Shown here: positions 19,247 through 33,587 of the stretch, in pieces
How positions within the stretch are numbered: the first letter of the stretch is position 1
How the letters are laid out: each line of letters starts with the position of its first letter
NCBI RefSeq assembly: GCF_056746865.1
Contig: NZ_CM163382.1
DNA: 64,000 nt
Reading direction: 5' to 3' (one strand)
Notes under the pieces: generated by a model
Told to the model about the DNA's origin: nothing
What the model saw: the letters and a program-made list of their open reading frames with translations, nothing else
The model's database searches: none
Program-made: the position numbers and the translations under genes

Positions 19247-19605
19247 ATACTTACCACATCACACTACCCTGGCCTCCGAGCAATAATCGCTATTACCGCC
19301 ATAATCGCGGGCGCACGCACGTCAGCGCAGAGGGGCAGGCATACCGCGATAACGTCGCCCGAATCATTAAAAACGCAATGCTGGATATCGGCCTGGCTAT
19401 GCCTGTGAAAATCCGCATTGAGTGCCACATGCCGGATCGCCGTCGCCGTGACCTGGATAATCTGCAAAAAGCCGCTTTTGACGCACTCACTAAAGCAGGT
19501 TTCTGGCTGGATGATGCTCAGGTCGTTGATTACCGCGTTGTGAAGATGCCTGTTACCAAAGGTGGGAGGCTGGAACTGACCATCACCGAAATGGGGAATG
19601 AATGA
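19243..19605 (+). CDS. rusA: Holliday-junction resolvase RusA
   Basis: 120-aa product recognised as RusA. Confidence 0.95.
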   Translation: MNTYHITLPWPPSNNRYYRHNRGRTHVSAEGQAYRDNVARIIKNAMLDIGLAMPVKIRIECHMPDRRRRDLDNLQKAAFDALTKAGFWLDDAQVVDYRVVKMPVTKGGRLELTITEMGNE

Positions 19606-19742
19606 TGTTTGAGTTTAATATGGCAGAACTTCTTCGCCACCGCTGGGGGCGTCTGCGCTTATATCGTTTCCCCGGCTCTGTTTTGACCGATTACCGAATA
19701 CTGAAGAATTACGCCAAAACACTGACAGGAGCAGGAGTATGA
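19602..19742 (+). CDS. ylcG: YlcG-family small protein
   Basis: 46-aa [21 protein letters not shown]... overlapping rusA stop. Confidence 0.6.
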   Translation: MMFEFNMAELLRHRWGRLRLYRFPGSVLTDYRILKNYAKTLTGAGV

Positions 19743-19827
19743 AGTCAGAGATAACAATCAACTAATACTGTTTTGTTGATTTTTGCTTGTAATTGGCGTT
19801 CTGGTCTGAGTTTTGTGGAGTAAGTTG

Positions 19828-20211
19828 ATGCGTGATATTCAGATGGTTCTTGAGCGTTGGGGAGCGTGGGCGGCTAATAATCATGAAGATGTGACCTGGT
19901 CGTCCATTGCCGCCGGTTTTAAGGGATTAATTCCTTCAAAAGTAAAATCTCGCCCGCAATGTTGTGACGATGACGCGATGATCATTTGCGGGTGCATGGC
20001 CCGTCTGAAAAAGAACAACAGCGATTTGCACGATTTATTAGTAGATTATTATGTAGTCGGTATGACATTCATGTCACTGGCAGGTAAGCATTGCTGCTCT
20101 GATGGTTATATCGGGAAAAGGTTACAAAAGGCTGAGGGCATAATTGAAGGGATGTTAATGGCATTAGATATCCGGTTAGAGATGGATATCGTTGTTAATA
20201 ACTCTAATTAA
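19828..20211 (+). CDS. quuD: late-gene antiterminator Q
   Basis: Start at [18 protein letters not shown]; recognised as DLP12-type Q; followed by hairpin-rich qut/terminator region. Confidence 0.85.
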   Translation: MRDIQMVLERWGAWAANNHEDVTWSSIAAGFKGLIPSKVKSRPQCCDDDAMIICGCMARLKKNNSDLHDLLVDYYVVGMTFMSLAGKHCCSDGYIGKRLQKAEGIIEGMLMALDIRLEMDIVVNNSN

Positions 20212-20227
20212 TATGCCAATTGTTTAC

Positions 20228-20263
20228 TAAAAATTATTAAAAATGGGGCGTTGAGACGCCCCC
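20228..20263 (-). terminator. candidate rho-independent terminator (minus strand)
   Basis: Stem GGGGCGT-loop-ACGCCCC with a T-rich tract on the minus strand. Confidence 0.35.
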
Positions 20264-20350
20264 AAAAATAAAGGGTAATATATAACAGAAGGTTTATATA
20301 GTTAGAAGCAAGGTTGTGCTTCTAAAGGAAGTGGCTTGAGGGAGCCACTT

Positions 20351-20390
20351 ATATGTTGGGGAGGCAACGCCTCCCGCAACATATCTTTTT
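20351..20390 (+). terminator. tR'-like terminator downstream of Q/pR' (possibly bidirectional with the porin gene)
   Basis: Near-perfect palindrome ATATGTTGGGGAGGCAACGCCTCCCGCAACATAT followed by CTTTTT. Confidence 0.55.
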
Positions 20391-20400
20391 CGTAATCAGA

Positions 20401-21483
20401 TTAGAACTGGTAAACCAGACCTACAGCAACGATGTCATCAGTATCAATACCAGCTGTTTTGGTAAACTTACTATCGTCAATTAAGTTGATTTTGTAATCA
20501 ACAAAAGTGGACATGTTTTTATTAAAGTAGTAAGTAGCACCGACATCGACATACTTGACTAAGTCTCGGTCACCATGAACACCAAGGTCTTTACCTTTTG
20601 ACTGAAGGTAAGCAACAGATGGGCGCAGACCGAAGTCAAACTGATATTGTGCTACTGCTTCAAAGTTTTGTGCTTTGTTTGCAATATGGTTATTACCAAA
20701 AACGGTCATATTCTGAGTTTCAGAATATGTGGTAGCCAGATAGATATTGTTCGCATCATATTTCAGGCCTGCAGCCCATACTTCCGCATTTTTGCCGGAG
20801 GCATTGAATTTGCTCTTACCATAGGCGACCTGACCGTCAGTGCGATCTGATTTAGCATAGGTTGCACCCACGCCGAATCCTTCATACTCATAAGTAGTGG
20901 AGAAACCGAAACCATCACCATTGGCTTCAGTTACGTCAGTGCGGTCATTTTTACCCTGATACTGAGCAGCAAAGTTCAGGCCATCGACCAGACCAAAGAA
21001 GTCGTTGTTACGATAAGTTGCAACACCAGTAGTGCGACCAGTCATGAACACATCTGTTTGGGTCCAGGTATCACCACCGAATTCTGGCAGGACGTCAGTC
21101 CACGCACCGATGTCGTATGCTACACCGTAGTTACGGCCGTAATCGATTGAGCCGTAATCACCAAATTTCAGGCCTGCAAATGCAAGACGGGTTTTGTCTT
21201 TGGAAGAACCTTGAGATTCAGCGCGGTTGCCTTTGAATTCATATTCCCACTGACCGAAACCAGTCAGTTGATCGTTGATTTGGGTTTCACCTTTGAAGCC
21301 AAGACGGGCATAAGTAGTATCACCATCATCTGCATCATTAGAGGAGAAGTAGTGCTTAGCATTAACTTTCCCGTACAGATCCAGCTTGTTACTGTCTTTA
21401 TTATAAATTTCAGCTGCCTGAGCAGACATCGCCATCAGTACTGATGCAGCTACAGCAGAAATTGCCACTGTTAATTTTTTCAT
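20401..21483 (-). CDS. nmpC: general outer-membrane porin (NmpC/OmpD-like), prophage cargo
   Basis: 360-aa product with signal peptide and C-terminal ...VGLVYQF porin ending; located between Q and lysis genes on opposite strand. Confidence 0.85.
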   Translation of the reverse strand: MKKLTVAISAVAASVLMAMSAQAAEIYNKDSNKLDLYGKVNAKHYFSSNDADDGDTTYARLGFKGETQINDQLTGFGQWEYEFKGNRAESQGSSKDKTRLAFAGLKFGDYGSIDYGRNYGVAYDIGAWTDVLPEFGGDTWTQTDVFMTGRTTGVATYRNNDFFGLVDGLNFAAQYQGKNDRTDVTEANGDGFGFSTTYEYEGFGVGATYAKSDRTDGQVAYGKSKFNASGKNAEVWAAGLKYDANNIYLATTYSETQNMTVFGNNHIANKAQNFEAVAQYQFDFGLRPSVAYLQSKGKDLGVHGDRDLVKYVDVGATYYFNKNMSTFVDYKINLIDDSKFTKTAGIDTDDIVAVGLVYQF

Positions 21484-22056
21484 CGTGAGCCCTTTTTTTT
21501 GAACTATTATTAAAAAATGATGTCACTGCGCGATAAATATTCATCTAATCAATGTGATTATTTCAAGATGTAAGTTTTGGTTTCTCGTTTAATTTGTGAA
21601 GTAGATCTCTATTTTTATCTGAACTTTTTTCTATCGAATCCTATTCATGGCTCTTGGCTGAATAAAAATAAATCTATTAGCCAATTTATATTAATGGCTG
21701 TTATTTATAAGTGCTCTATAATTTGAAGGTTCAATTTAAATTGGCTAAAAATAACGCTGGAAATTATTTGTTGGTTATTTGTTGAGATTTGCTTATGTAT
21801 TTGTAGTGGTGTTTTCAATACTCGGTAGCATTCTCGCAAATATCATTTAGTGGTTTACGTACGTAAAAAATTGGTTATGCTGTTAAGAGTGGTTACTTCG
21901 TCACACAGCTTAAACCCGCCGTCGAGCGGGTTTTTCCATTTTTTGAGTCTCGATATTAGCTGATAACCCAATACCTGAGTTATTCACTGACTCCGAGTCT
22001 GTTACGTTTCGTAGTATTCCCTCAATTTACACCCGCTTTGTCTGCGAGGTGGGGTT

Positions 22057-22272
22057 ATGAAATCCATGGATAAGTTAACAACGGGTGTCGCCTATGGCAC
22101 CTCAGCAGGTAGTGCCGGGTACTGGTTTTTACAGCTGCTCGATAAAGTCACGCCCTCACAGTGGGCAGCAATAGGTGTGCTGGGTAGCCTGGTATTTGGC
22201 CTGCTGACGTACCTGACAAACCTTTATTTCAAGATTAAAGAAGATAAGCGCAAGGCTGCGAGAGGTGAATAA
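22057..22272 (+). CDS. essD: pinholin (phage 21 S-type)
   Basis: 71-aa two-TM product recognised as S21/EssD. Confidence 0.85.
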
Positions 22273-22769
22273 TGCCTCCATCATTACGAAAAGCTGTTGC
22301 TGCTGCTATTGGTGGCGGGGCTATTGCTATAGCATCTGTGTTAATCACTGGCCCAAGTGGTAACGATGGTCTGGAAGGTGTGAGACATAATCCTTACAAA
22401 GACATAGTTGGTGTATGGACTGTATGTTACGGGCATACAGGAAAAGACATCATTCCCGGTAAAACGTATACCGAAGCAGAGTGCAAAGCCCTCCTGAATA
22501 AAGACCTTGCCACTGTCGCCAGACAAATTAACCGGTACATCAAAGTCGATATACCGGAAACAACGCGCGGCGCTCTTTACTCGTTCGTCTACAACGTGGG
22601 TGCTGGCAATTTCAGAACATCGACGCTTCTTCGCAAAATAAACCAGGGTGATATTAAAGGCGCATGTGATCAGCTACGGCGCTGGACATACGCTGGCGGT
22701 AATCAATGGAAAGGACTGATGACTCGCCGTGAGATTGAGCGTGAAGTCTGTTTGTGGGGGAAACAATGA
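22272..22769 (+). CDS. rrrD: SAR endolysin (lysozyme)
   Basis: 165-aa product with N-terminal signal-anchor-release segment; recognised as R21/RrrD. Confidence 0.9.
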   Translation: MPPSLRKAVAAAIGGGAIAIASVLITGPSGNDGLEGVRHNPYKDIVGVWTVCYGHTGKDIIPGKTYTEAECKALLNKDLATVARQINRYIKVDIPETTRGALYSFVYNVGAGNFRTSTLLRKINQGDIKGACDQLRRWTYAGGNQWKGLMTRREIEREVCLWGKQ

Positions 22770-23233
22770 GCAGAGTAACCGCGATTATCTCCGCTCTGGT
22801 TATCTGCATCATCGTCTGCCTGTCATGGGCTGTTAATCATTACCGTGATAATGCAATCGCCTACAAAGAACAGCGCGATAACAAGGCCAGTGAACTGGAG
22901 AAGGCGAACGCCACCATTACTGACATGCAGCAGCGCCAGCGTGATGCTGATGCACTCGATGATAAATACACGAAGGAGTTAGCTGATGCGAAAGCTGAAA
23001 ATGATGCTCTTCGGCGCAAGCTTGATAATGGTGGTCGGGTGCTCGTCAAAGGAAAATGCCCTGTGCCATCCTCAGCCGAAACCTCCAGCGCCTCCGGCAT
23101 GGGCAATGATGCCACCGTCGAACTCTCTCCAGTTGCTGGACGAAACGTTCTCGGTATCCGGGACGGAATTATCCGCGACCAAACAGCATTGAGAACGCTT
23201 CAGGAATACATCAGGACGCAATGCCTTCGATGA
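22766..23233 (+). CDS. rzpD: spanin inner-membrane subunit Rz
   Basis: Start at [18 protein letters not shown]-terminal TM then coiled coil. Confidence 0.8.
   Translation: MSRVTAIISALVICIIVCLSWAVNHYRDNAIAYKEQRDNKASELEKANATITDMQQRQRDADALDDKYTKELADAKAENDALRRKLDNGGRVLVKGKCPVPSSAETSSASGMGNDATVELSPVAGRNVLGIRDGIIRDQTALRTLQEYIRTQCLR
22986..23192 (+). CDS. rzoD: spanin outer-membrane lipoprotein Rz1, embedded in Rz in +1 frame
   Basis: ORF inside Rz with lipobox-like VVGC and Pro-rich segment [11 protein letters not shown]. Confidence 0.65.
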   Translation: MRKLKMMLFGASLIMVVGCSSKENALCHPQPKPPAPPAWAMMPPSNSLQLLDETFSVSGTELSATKQH

Positions 23234-23724
23234 TAGCGATAATTTTACTCATCATCCTTCACATCTGGCTCTGTAGACAGGGTGGTGCTCACTTCTGGAG
23301 TGAATCCAGATTAAACATCTCATTGCTGATGCTTGATATTGAGCATTTTGCGCGCGGTAAGGGGCTGCGTTGAGATAAGAGCCAGTCATTACAAATACCA
23401 GGATTTAGCCTCGCATTCGCGGGGCTTTTTATTGCCATTACAAAAGCCACTTCCTACAGAGTGGCTTTGATAATGGCTTATACCCTACACGGGATAACTT
23501 AACTGATATCCCTTTTAAAGGATAAAGGTATTCAAGCCTGACACATCATGCGCTGTATCGTCGCCGTATTCCCGTATTAACAGAGACCGTAGCCCGACGG
23601 GGAACTCCTTCTGCGCGAGTGTGCGGGAATAATCAATAACGATGCACACCGGGGTTACCGGGTACACATATTTCATCATGCCAGCGAGTCCGGTTCTGGC
23701 ACGGAAGAAACCGGACGTTATGAT

Positions 23725-24135
23725 TTAGTGCGGAAATATTTGTGTAGTGTTCTGAATGTTCTCAGTAAAGAGTAATGAATTATCAAAGGTATAGTAATAC
23801 CTTTTGTTTTCGTGGATATTTGTAATCCATCTGAAAACCCCTGCTGTAGCAAGATTTTTCCTGTATTCGTAAAATGATAACTCTCCTGATTTGAATCCTT
23901 TTAAGGTGGCTTCTATAAGGCATTTATTTTTTGAAAATCTTACATTTACAACCTTACTCTGTCCTTTTATTAAAACCGTATTATCGTTTTCAAGAACAAG
24001 ATGAATATTCTCTGTGGCTAAATAGTAAATGTAATGTGAGACATTGTGACGTTTTAGTTCAGAATAAAACCAGTGATAGTTTAAATTATTTCGCACTTTA
24101 TCGAATATTTGTTTAAAAATGGCAACCTGAGCCAT
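23725..24135 (-). CDS. ybcV: YbcV-family protein
   Basis: Start at [14 protein letters not shown]; recognised as DLP12 YbcV. Confidence 0.75.
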   Translation of the reverse strand: MAQVAIFKQIFDKVRNNLNYHWFYSELKRHNVSHYIYYLATENIHLVLENDNTVLIKGQSKVVNVRFSKNKCLIEATLKGFKSGELSFYEYRKNLATAGVFRWITNIHENKRYYYTFDNSLLFTENIQNTTQIFPH

Positions 24136-24192
24136 TGTAGTACCTTCCATGTGATATGAAGGTACCTAGTCTGCACGATTATCTAAATTGCT

Positions 24193-24426
24193 TCAATCTG
24201 GTCTGACCTGCTTTCTGAGCAATTCAGTAATGTCACTCTTTTCTTTGTTTGCTTCAGGCGAAACTCTTTTTTCTGAGCACAGTCTTCGGCGGCAGGCTTC
24301 AATGACCCAGGCTGAGAAATTCCCGGACCCTTTTTGATCAAGAGCAATGTTAATTTGTTCAATCATTTGGTTAGGAAAGCGGATGTTGCGGGTTGTTGTT
24401 CTGCGGGTTCTGTTCTTCGTTGACAT
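24193..24426 (-). CDS. small basic protein, possible ribbon-helix-helix DNA-binding protein
   Basis: 77-aa ORF with Arg-rich N-terminus. Confidence 0.4.
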   Translation of the reverse strand: MSTKNRTRRTTTRNIRFPNQMIEQINIALDQKGSGNFSAWVIEACRRRLCSEKRVSPEANKEKSDITELLRKQVRPD

Positions 24427-24589
24427 GAGGTTGTCCCGTATTCAGTGTCGCTGATTTGTATTGTCTGAAGTTGTTTTTACGTTAAGTTGATGCAGATCAA
24501 TTAATATGATACCTGCGTCATAATTGATTATTTGACGTGGTTTGATGGCGTAGATGCACGTTGTGACATGCAGATGATAATTATTATCA

Positions 24590-24810
24590 TTTTGCGGGTC
24601 CTTTCCGGCGATCCGACAGGTTACGGGGCGGCGACCTCGCGGGTTTTCGCTATTTATGAAAATTTTCCGGTTTAAGGCGTTTCCGTTCTTCTTCGTCGTA
24701 ACTTAATGTTTTTATTTAAAATACCCCCTGAAAAGAAAGGAAACGACAGGTGCTGAAAACGAACTTTTGGGCCTCTGTCGTTTCCTTTCTCTGTTTTTGG
24801 CCGTGGAATG
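24590..24810 (+). other. cos site (cosQ-cosN-cosB); 12-nt cohesive end GGGCGGCGACCT at 24626-24637
   Basis: Sequence ...ttacg|GGGCGGCGACCTCGCGGGTTTTCGCTATTTATGAAAATTTTCCGG... recognised as the lambda cohesive-end region immediately upstream of Nu1. Confidence 0.9.
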
Positions 24811-24814
24811 AACA

Positions 24815-25334
24815 ATGGAAGTCAACAAAAAGCAGCTGGCTGACATTTTCGGTGCGAGTATCCGTACCATTCAGAACTGGCAGGAACAGGGAATGCCCGT
24901 TCTGCGAGGCGGTGGCAAGGGTAATGAGGTGCTTTATGACTCTGCCGCCGTTATAAGATGGTATGCCGAAAGGGATGCTGAAATTGAGAACGAAAAGCTG
25001 CGCCGGGAAGTTGAAGAACTGCGGCAGGCCAGCGAGACAGATCTCCAGCCAGGGACTATTGAGTACGAACGCCATCGACTTACGCGTGCGCAGGCCGACG
25101 CACAGGAGCTGAAAAATGCCAGAGACTCCGCTGAAGTGGTGGAAACCGCATTCTGTACTTTCGTGCTGTCGCGGATCGCAGGTGAAATTGCCAGTATTCT
25201 CGACGGGATCCCCCTGTCGGTGCAGCGGCGTTTTCCGGAACTGGAAAACCGACATGTTGATTTCCTGAAACGGGATATCATCAAAGCCATGAACAAAGCA
25301 GCCGCGCTGGATGAACTGATACCGGGGTTGCTGA

Positions 25335-25360
<26 letters not shown>
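24815..25360 (+). CDS. Nu1: terminase small subunit
   Basis: 181-aa product recognised as lambda Nu1. Confidence 0.95.
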
Positions 25361-29041
<3,681 letters not shown>

Positions 29042-29061
<20 letters not shown>

Positions 29062-30373
29062 TCTCCCGCATATTGCCAGCATGGCCTTTAATGAGCCGCT
29101 GATGCTTGAACCCGCCTATGCGCGGGTTTTCTTTTGTGCGCTTGCAGGCCAGCTTGGGATCAGCCGCCTGACGGATGCAGTATCCGGCGACAGCCTGACT
29201 GCCGGAGAGGCACCCGCGGCGCTGGCGTTATCCGGTGATGATGACGGACCACGACAGGCCCGCAGTTATCAGGTCATGAACGGCATCGCCGTGCTGCCGG
29301 TGTCCGGTACGCTGGTCAGCCGGACGCGGGCGCTGCAGCCGTATTCGGGAATGACCGGTTACAATGGCATTATCGCCCGTCTGCAACAGGCTGCCAGCGA
29401 TCCGATGGTGGACGGCATTCTGCTCGATATGGACACACCGGGCGGGATGGTGGCGGGAGCATTTGACTGTGCTGACATCATCGCCCGTGTGCGAGACATA
29501 AAACCGGTATGGGCGCTGGCCAACGACATGAACTGCAGTGCAGGTCAGCTGCTTGCCAGCGCCGCCTCCCGGCGTCTGGTCACGCAGACTGCCCGGACAG
29601 GCTCCATCGGCGTCATGATGGCTCACAGTAATTACGGTGCTGCCCTGGAGAAACAGGGCGTGGAAATCACGCTGATTTACAGCGGCAGCCATAAGGTGGA
29701 TGGCAATCCCTACAGCCATCTTCCGGATGACGTCCGGGAGACACTGCAGTCCCGGATGGACGCAACCCGCCAGATGTTTGCGCAGAAGGTGTCGGCATAT
29801 ACCGGCCTGTCTGTGCAGGCTGTGCTGGATACCGAGGCTGCAGTGTACAGCGGTCAGGAGGCCATTGATGCCGGACTGGCTGATGAACTTGTTAACAGCA
29901 CCGATGCGATCACCGTCATGCGTGATGCACTGGATGCACGTAAATCCCGTCTCTCAGGAGGGCGAATGACCAAAGAGACTCAATCAACAACTGTTTCAGC
30001 CACTGCTTCGCAGGCTGACATCACCACCGTGGAGCCTGCGAAGGAGGGCGAAAACGCCAGCGCGGCGCAGCCGGATGTGAACGCACAGATCACCGCAGCG
30101 GTTGCGGCAGAAAACAGCCGCATTATGGGGATCCTCAACTGTGAGGAGGCTCACGGACGCGAAGAACAGGCGCGCGTTCTGGCAGAAACCCCCGGAATGA
30201 CCGTGGAAACGGCCCGCCGCATTCTGGCCGCAGCACCACAGAGTGCACAGGCGCGCAGTGACACTGCGCTGGATCGTCTGATGCAGGGTGCACCGGCACC
30301 GCTGGCTGCAGGTAACCTGGCATCTGATACCAATAAAGAATTACTTAATACACCTGAAGCTTTACCGGTATAA
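29042..30373 (+). CDS. C: head maturation protease C (scaffold Nu3 nested in frame in 3' part)
   Basis: GTG start at 29042 gives VTAELRNLPHIASMAFNEP... matching lambda gpC; ORF track start 28928 is an upstream extension. Confidence 0.9.
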
Positions 30374-30382
30374 GAGGCAGTT

Positions 30383-30715
30383 ATGGCGACAAAAGAAGAG
30401 TTTAACCATTACCAGCCGCTGGGTAACAGTGATCCGGCTCATACAGCAATTGCGCCTGGCGGATTGAGTGCGAAAACGCCTGCAATGACCCCACTGATGC
30501 TGGATGGCACTACCCGTAAGCTGGTTGTGTGGGATGGCACCACCGACGGTGCAGCCGTTGGCATTCTGGCGGTTGCTGCTGACCAGACCAGCACCACACT
30601 GACGTTCTACAAGTCCGGCTCGTTCCGTTATGAGGATGTGCTCTGGCCGGAGGCTGCCAGCGACGAGACGAAAAAACGGACCGCGTTTGCCGGAACGGCA
30701 ATCAGCATCGTTTAA
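30383..30715 (+). CDS. D: head decoration protein D
   Basis: 110-aa product recognised as lambda gpD. Confidence 0.95.
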   Translation: MATKEEFNHYQPLGNSDPAHTAIAPGGLSAKTPAMTPLMLDGTTRKLVVWDGTTDGAAVGILAVAADQTSTTLTFYKSGSFRYEDVLWPEAASDETKKRTAFAGTAISIV

Positions 30716-30770
30716 TCTTCCCCTTCATCAACAAAGGCCGCCTGTGCGGCTTTTTTTATGGAAATAATTT

Positions 30771-31796
30771 ATGTCTGTATATACAACTGCAGAATTACTG
30801 GCATCGACCCAGCATCACTTTAAGTTCGATCCGCTGTTTCTGCGCCTGTTTTTCCGTGAAACCTATCCTTTCACCACGGAGAAAGTCTATCTCTCACAAA
30901 TTCCGGGACTGGTAAACATGGCGCTGTACGTTTCGCCGATTGTTTCCGGTGAGGTTATCCGATCCCGTGGCGGCTCCACCTCTGAATTTACGCCGGGTTA
31001 TGTCAAACCCAAGCATGAGGTGAATCCGCAGATGACCCTGCGTCGCCTGCCGGATGAAGAACCGCAGAACCTGGCTGACCCGGCTTACCGTCGTCGCCGT
31101 ATTATTCGGCAGAATATGCTGGATGAAAATCTGGCGATTGCCCAGGTCGAAGAGATGCAGGCAGTTTCTGCCGTGCTTAAGGGCAAATACACCATGACCG
31201 GTGAAGCCTTCGATCCGGTTGAGGTGGATATGGGCCGCAGTGAGGCGAATAACATCACGCAGTCCGGCGGCACGGAGTGGAGCAAGCGTGACAAGTCCAC
31301 GTATGATCCGACCGACGATATCGAAGCCTACGCGCTGAACGCCAGCGGAGTGGTGAATATCATCGTGTTTGATCCGAAAGGCTGGGCGCTGTTCCGTTCC
31401 TTCAAAGCCGTCAGGGAGAAGCTGGATACTCGTCGCGGCTCTCATTCCGAGCTGGAGACAGCGGTGAAAGACCTGGGCAAAGCGGTGTCCTACAAGGGGA
31501 TGTATGGCGATGTGGCCATCGTCGTGTATTCCGGACAGTACGTGGAAAACGGCGTCAAAAAGAACTTCCTGCCGGACAACACGATGGTGCTGGGGAACAC
31601 TCAGGCACGCGGTCTGCGCACCTATGGCTGCATTCAGGATGCGGACGCACAGCGCGAAGGCATTAACTCCTCTGCCCGTTACCCGAAAAACTGGGTGACC
31701 ACCGGCGATCCGGCGCGTGAGTTCACCATGATTCAGTCAGCACCGCTGATGCTGCTGGCTGACCCTGATGAGTTCGTGTCCGTACAACTGGCGTAA
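30771..31796 (+). CDS. E: major capsid protein E
   Basis: 341-aa product recognised as lambda gpE. Confidence 0.95.
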   Translation: MSVYTTAELLASTQHHFKFDPLFLRLFFRETYPFTTEKVYLSQIPGLVNMALYVSPIVSGEVIRSRGGSTSEFTPGYVKPKHEVNPQMTLRRLPDEEPQNLADPAYRRRRIIRQNMLDENLAIAQVEEMQAVSAVLKGKYTMTGEAFDPVEVDMGRSEANNITQSGGTEWSKRDKSTYDPTDDIEAYALNASGVVNIIVFDPKGWALFRSFKAVREKLDTRRGSHSELETAVKDLGKAVSYKGMYGDVAIVVYSGQYVENGVKKNFLPDNTMVLGNTQARGLRTYGCIQDADAQREGINSSARYPKNWVTTGDPAREFTMIQSAPLMLLADPDEFVSVQLA

Positions 31797-31837
31797 TCGT
31801 GGCCCTTCGGGGCCATTTTCTCTATGTGGAGGAGTCC

Positions 31838-32233
31838 ATGACGAAAGGTGAACTGATTGTCCGTCTCCGGTCGCTGGGTGAGCAACTGAACCGTGATGTC
31901 AGCCTGACGGGGACGAAAGAAGAACTGGCGCTCCGTGTGGCAGAGCTGGAAGAGGAGCTTGATGACACGGATGACGCTGCCGGTCAGGATACCCCTCTCA
32001 GACCGGAAAATGCGCTGACCGGACATGAAAATGAGGTGGTATCAGCGCAGCCGGATACCATGATTGATACGGCTGCTCTGGTCACGGTCGTGGCACTGGT
32101 GACGCTGCATACTGATGCACTTCACGCCACGCGGGATGAACCTGTGGCATTTGTGCTGCCGGGAACGGCGTTTCGTGTCTCTGCCGGTGTGGCAGCCGAA
32201 ATGACAGAACGTGGCCTGGCCAGAATGCAATAA
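31838..32233 (+). CDS. FI: DNA-packaging protein FI
   Basis: Start at MTKGELIVRLRSLGEQ; recognised as lambda FI. Confidence 0.9.
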   Translation: MTKGELIVRLRSLGEQLNRDVSLTGTKEELALRVAELEEELDDTDDAAGQDTPLRPENALTGHENEVVSAQPDTMIDTAALVTVVALVTLHTDALHATRDEPVAFVLPGTAFRVSAGVAAEMTERGLARMQ

Positions 32234-32244
32234 CGGGAGGCGCT

Positions 32245-32598
32245 GTGGCTGATTTCGATAACCTGTTCGATGCTGCCATTGCCCGCGCCGATGAAACGAT
32301 ACGCGGGTACATGGGAACGTCAGCCACCATGACATCCGGTGAGCAGTCCGGCGCAGTAATACGTGGTGTTTTTGATGACCCTGAAAATATCAGCTATGCC
32401 GGACAGGGCGTACGCGTTGAAGGCTCCAGCCCGTCCCTGTTTGTCCGGACTGATGATGTGCGGCAGCTGCGGCGCGGCGACACGCTGACCATCGGTGAGG
32501 AAAACTTCTGGATAGACCGGATTTCGCCGGATGATGGTGGAAGCTGTCATCTCTGGCTTGGGCGGGGCGTACCGCCTGCCGTTAACCGTCGCCGCTGA
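32245..32598 (+). CDS. FII: head completion protein FII
   Basis: 117-aa product recognised as lambda FII. Confidence 0.95.
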   Translation: MADFDNLFDAAIARADETIRGYMGTSATMTSGEQSGAVIRGVFDDPENISYAGQGVRVEGSSPSLFVRTDDVRQLRRGDTLTIGEENFWIDRISPDDGGSCHLWLGRGVPPAVNRRR

Positions 32599-32609
32599 AA
32601 GGGGGATGT

Positions 32610-33188
32610 ATGGCCATAAAAGGTCTTGAGCAGGCCGTTGAAAACCTCAGCCGTATCAGCAAAACGGCGGTGCCTGGTGCCGCCGCAATGGCCATTAACC
32701 GCGTTGCTTCATCCGCGATATCGCAGTCGGCGTCACAGGTTGCCCGTGAGACAATGGTACGCCGGAAACTGGTAAAGGAAAGGGCCAGGCTGAAAAGGGC
32801 CACGGTCAAAAATCCGCAGGCCAGAATCAGGGTTAACCGGGGGGATTTGCCCGTAATAAAGCTGGGTAACGCGCGGATTGTCCTGTCCCGACGCAGGCGT
32901 CGTAAAAAGGGGCAGCGTTCAGCCCTGAAAGGTGGCGGCAGCGTGCTTGTGGTGGGAAACCGTCGTATTCCCGGCGCGTTTATTCAGCAACTGAAAAATG
33001 GCCGGTGGCATGTCATGCAGCGTGTGGCCGGGAAAAACCGTTACCCCATTGATGTGGTGAAAATCCCGATGGCGGTGCCGCTTACCACGGCGTTTAAACA
33101 GAATATTGAACGGATACGGCGTGAACGTCTTCCGAAAGAGCTGGGCTATGCGCTGCAGCATCAACTGAGAATGGTAATAAAGCGATGA
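32610..33188 (+). CDS. Z: tail completion protein Z
   Basis: 192-aa product recognised as lambda gpZ. Confidence 0.95.
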   Translation: MAIKGLEQAVENLSRISKTAVPGAAAMAINRVASSAISQSASQVARETMVRRKLVKERARLKRATVKNPQARIRVNRGDLPVIKLGNARIVLSRRRRRKKGQRSALKGGGSVLVVGNRRIPGAFIQQLKNGRWHVMQRVAGKNRYPIDVVKIPMAVPLTTAFKQNIERIRRERLPKELGYALQHQLRMVIKR

Positions 33189-33580
33189 AACATACTGAAC
33201 TCCGTGCAGCCGTACTGGATGCACTGGAGAAGCATGACACCGGGGCGACGCTTTTTGATGGTCGCCCCGCTGTTTTTGATGAGGCGGATTTTCCGGCAAT
33301 TGCCGTTTATCTCATCGGCGCTGAATACACAGGCGAAGAGCTGGACAGTGATACCTGGCAGGCGGAGCTGCATATTGAAGTTTTCCTGCCTGCTCAGGTG
33401 CCGGATTCAGAGCTGGATTCGTGGATGGAGTCCCGGATTTATCCGGTGATGAGCGATGTCCCGGCACTGTCAGATTTGATCACCAGTATGGTGGCCAGTG
33501 GCTATGACTACCGGCGCGACGATGATGCGGGCCTGTGGAGTTCAGCCGATCTGACTTATGTCATTACCTATGAAATGTGA
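33185..33580 (+). CDS. U: tail terminator protein U
   Basis: 131-aa product recognised as lambda gpU. Confidence 0.95.
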   Translation: MKHTELRAAVLDALEKHDTGATLFDGRPAVFDEADFPAIAVYLIGAEYTGEELDSDTWQAELHIEVFLPAQVPDSELDSWMESRIYPVMSDVPALSDLITSMVASGYDYRRDDDAGLWSSADLTYVITYEM

Positions 33581-33587
33581 GGACGAT

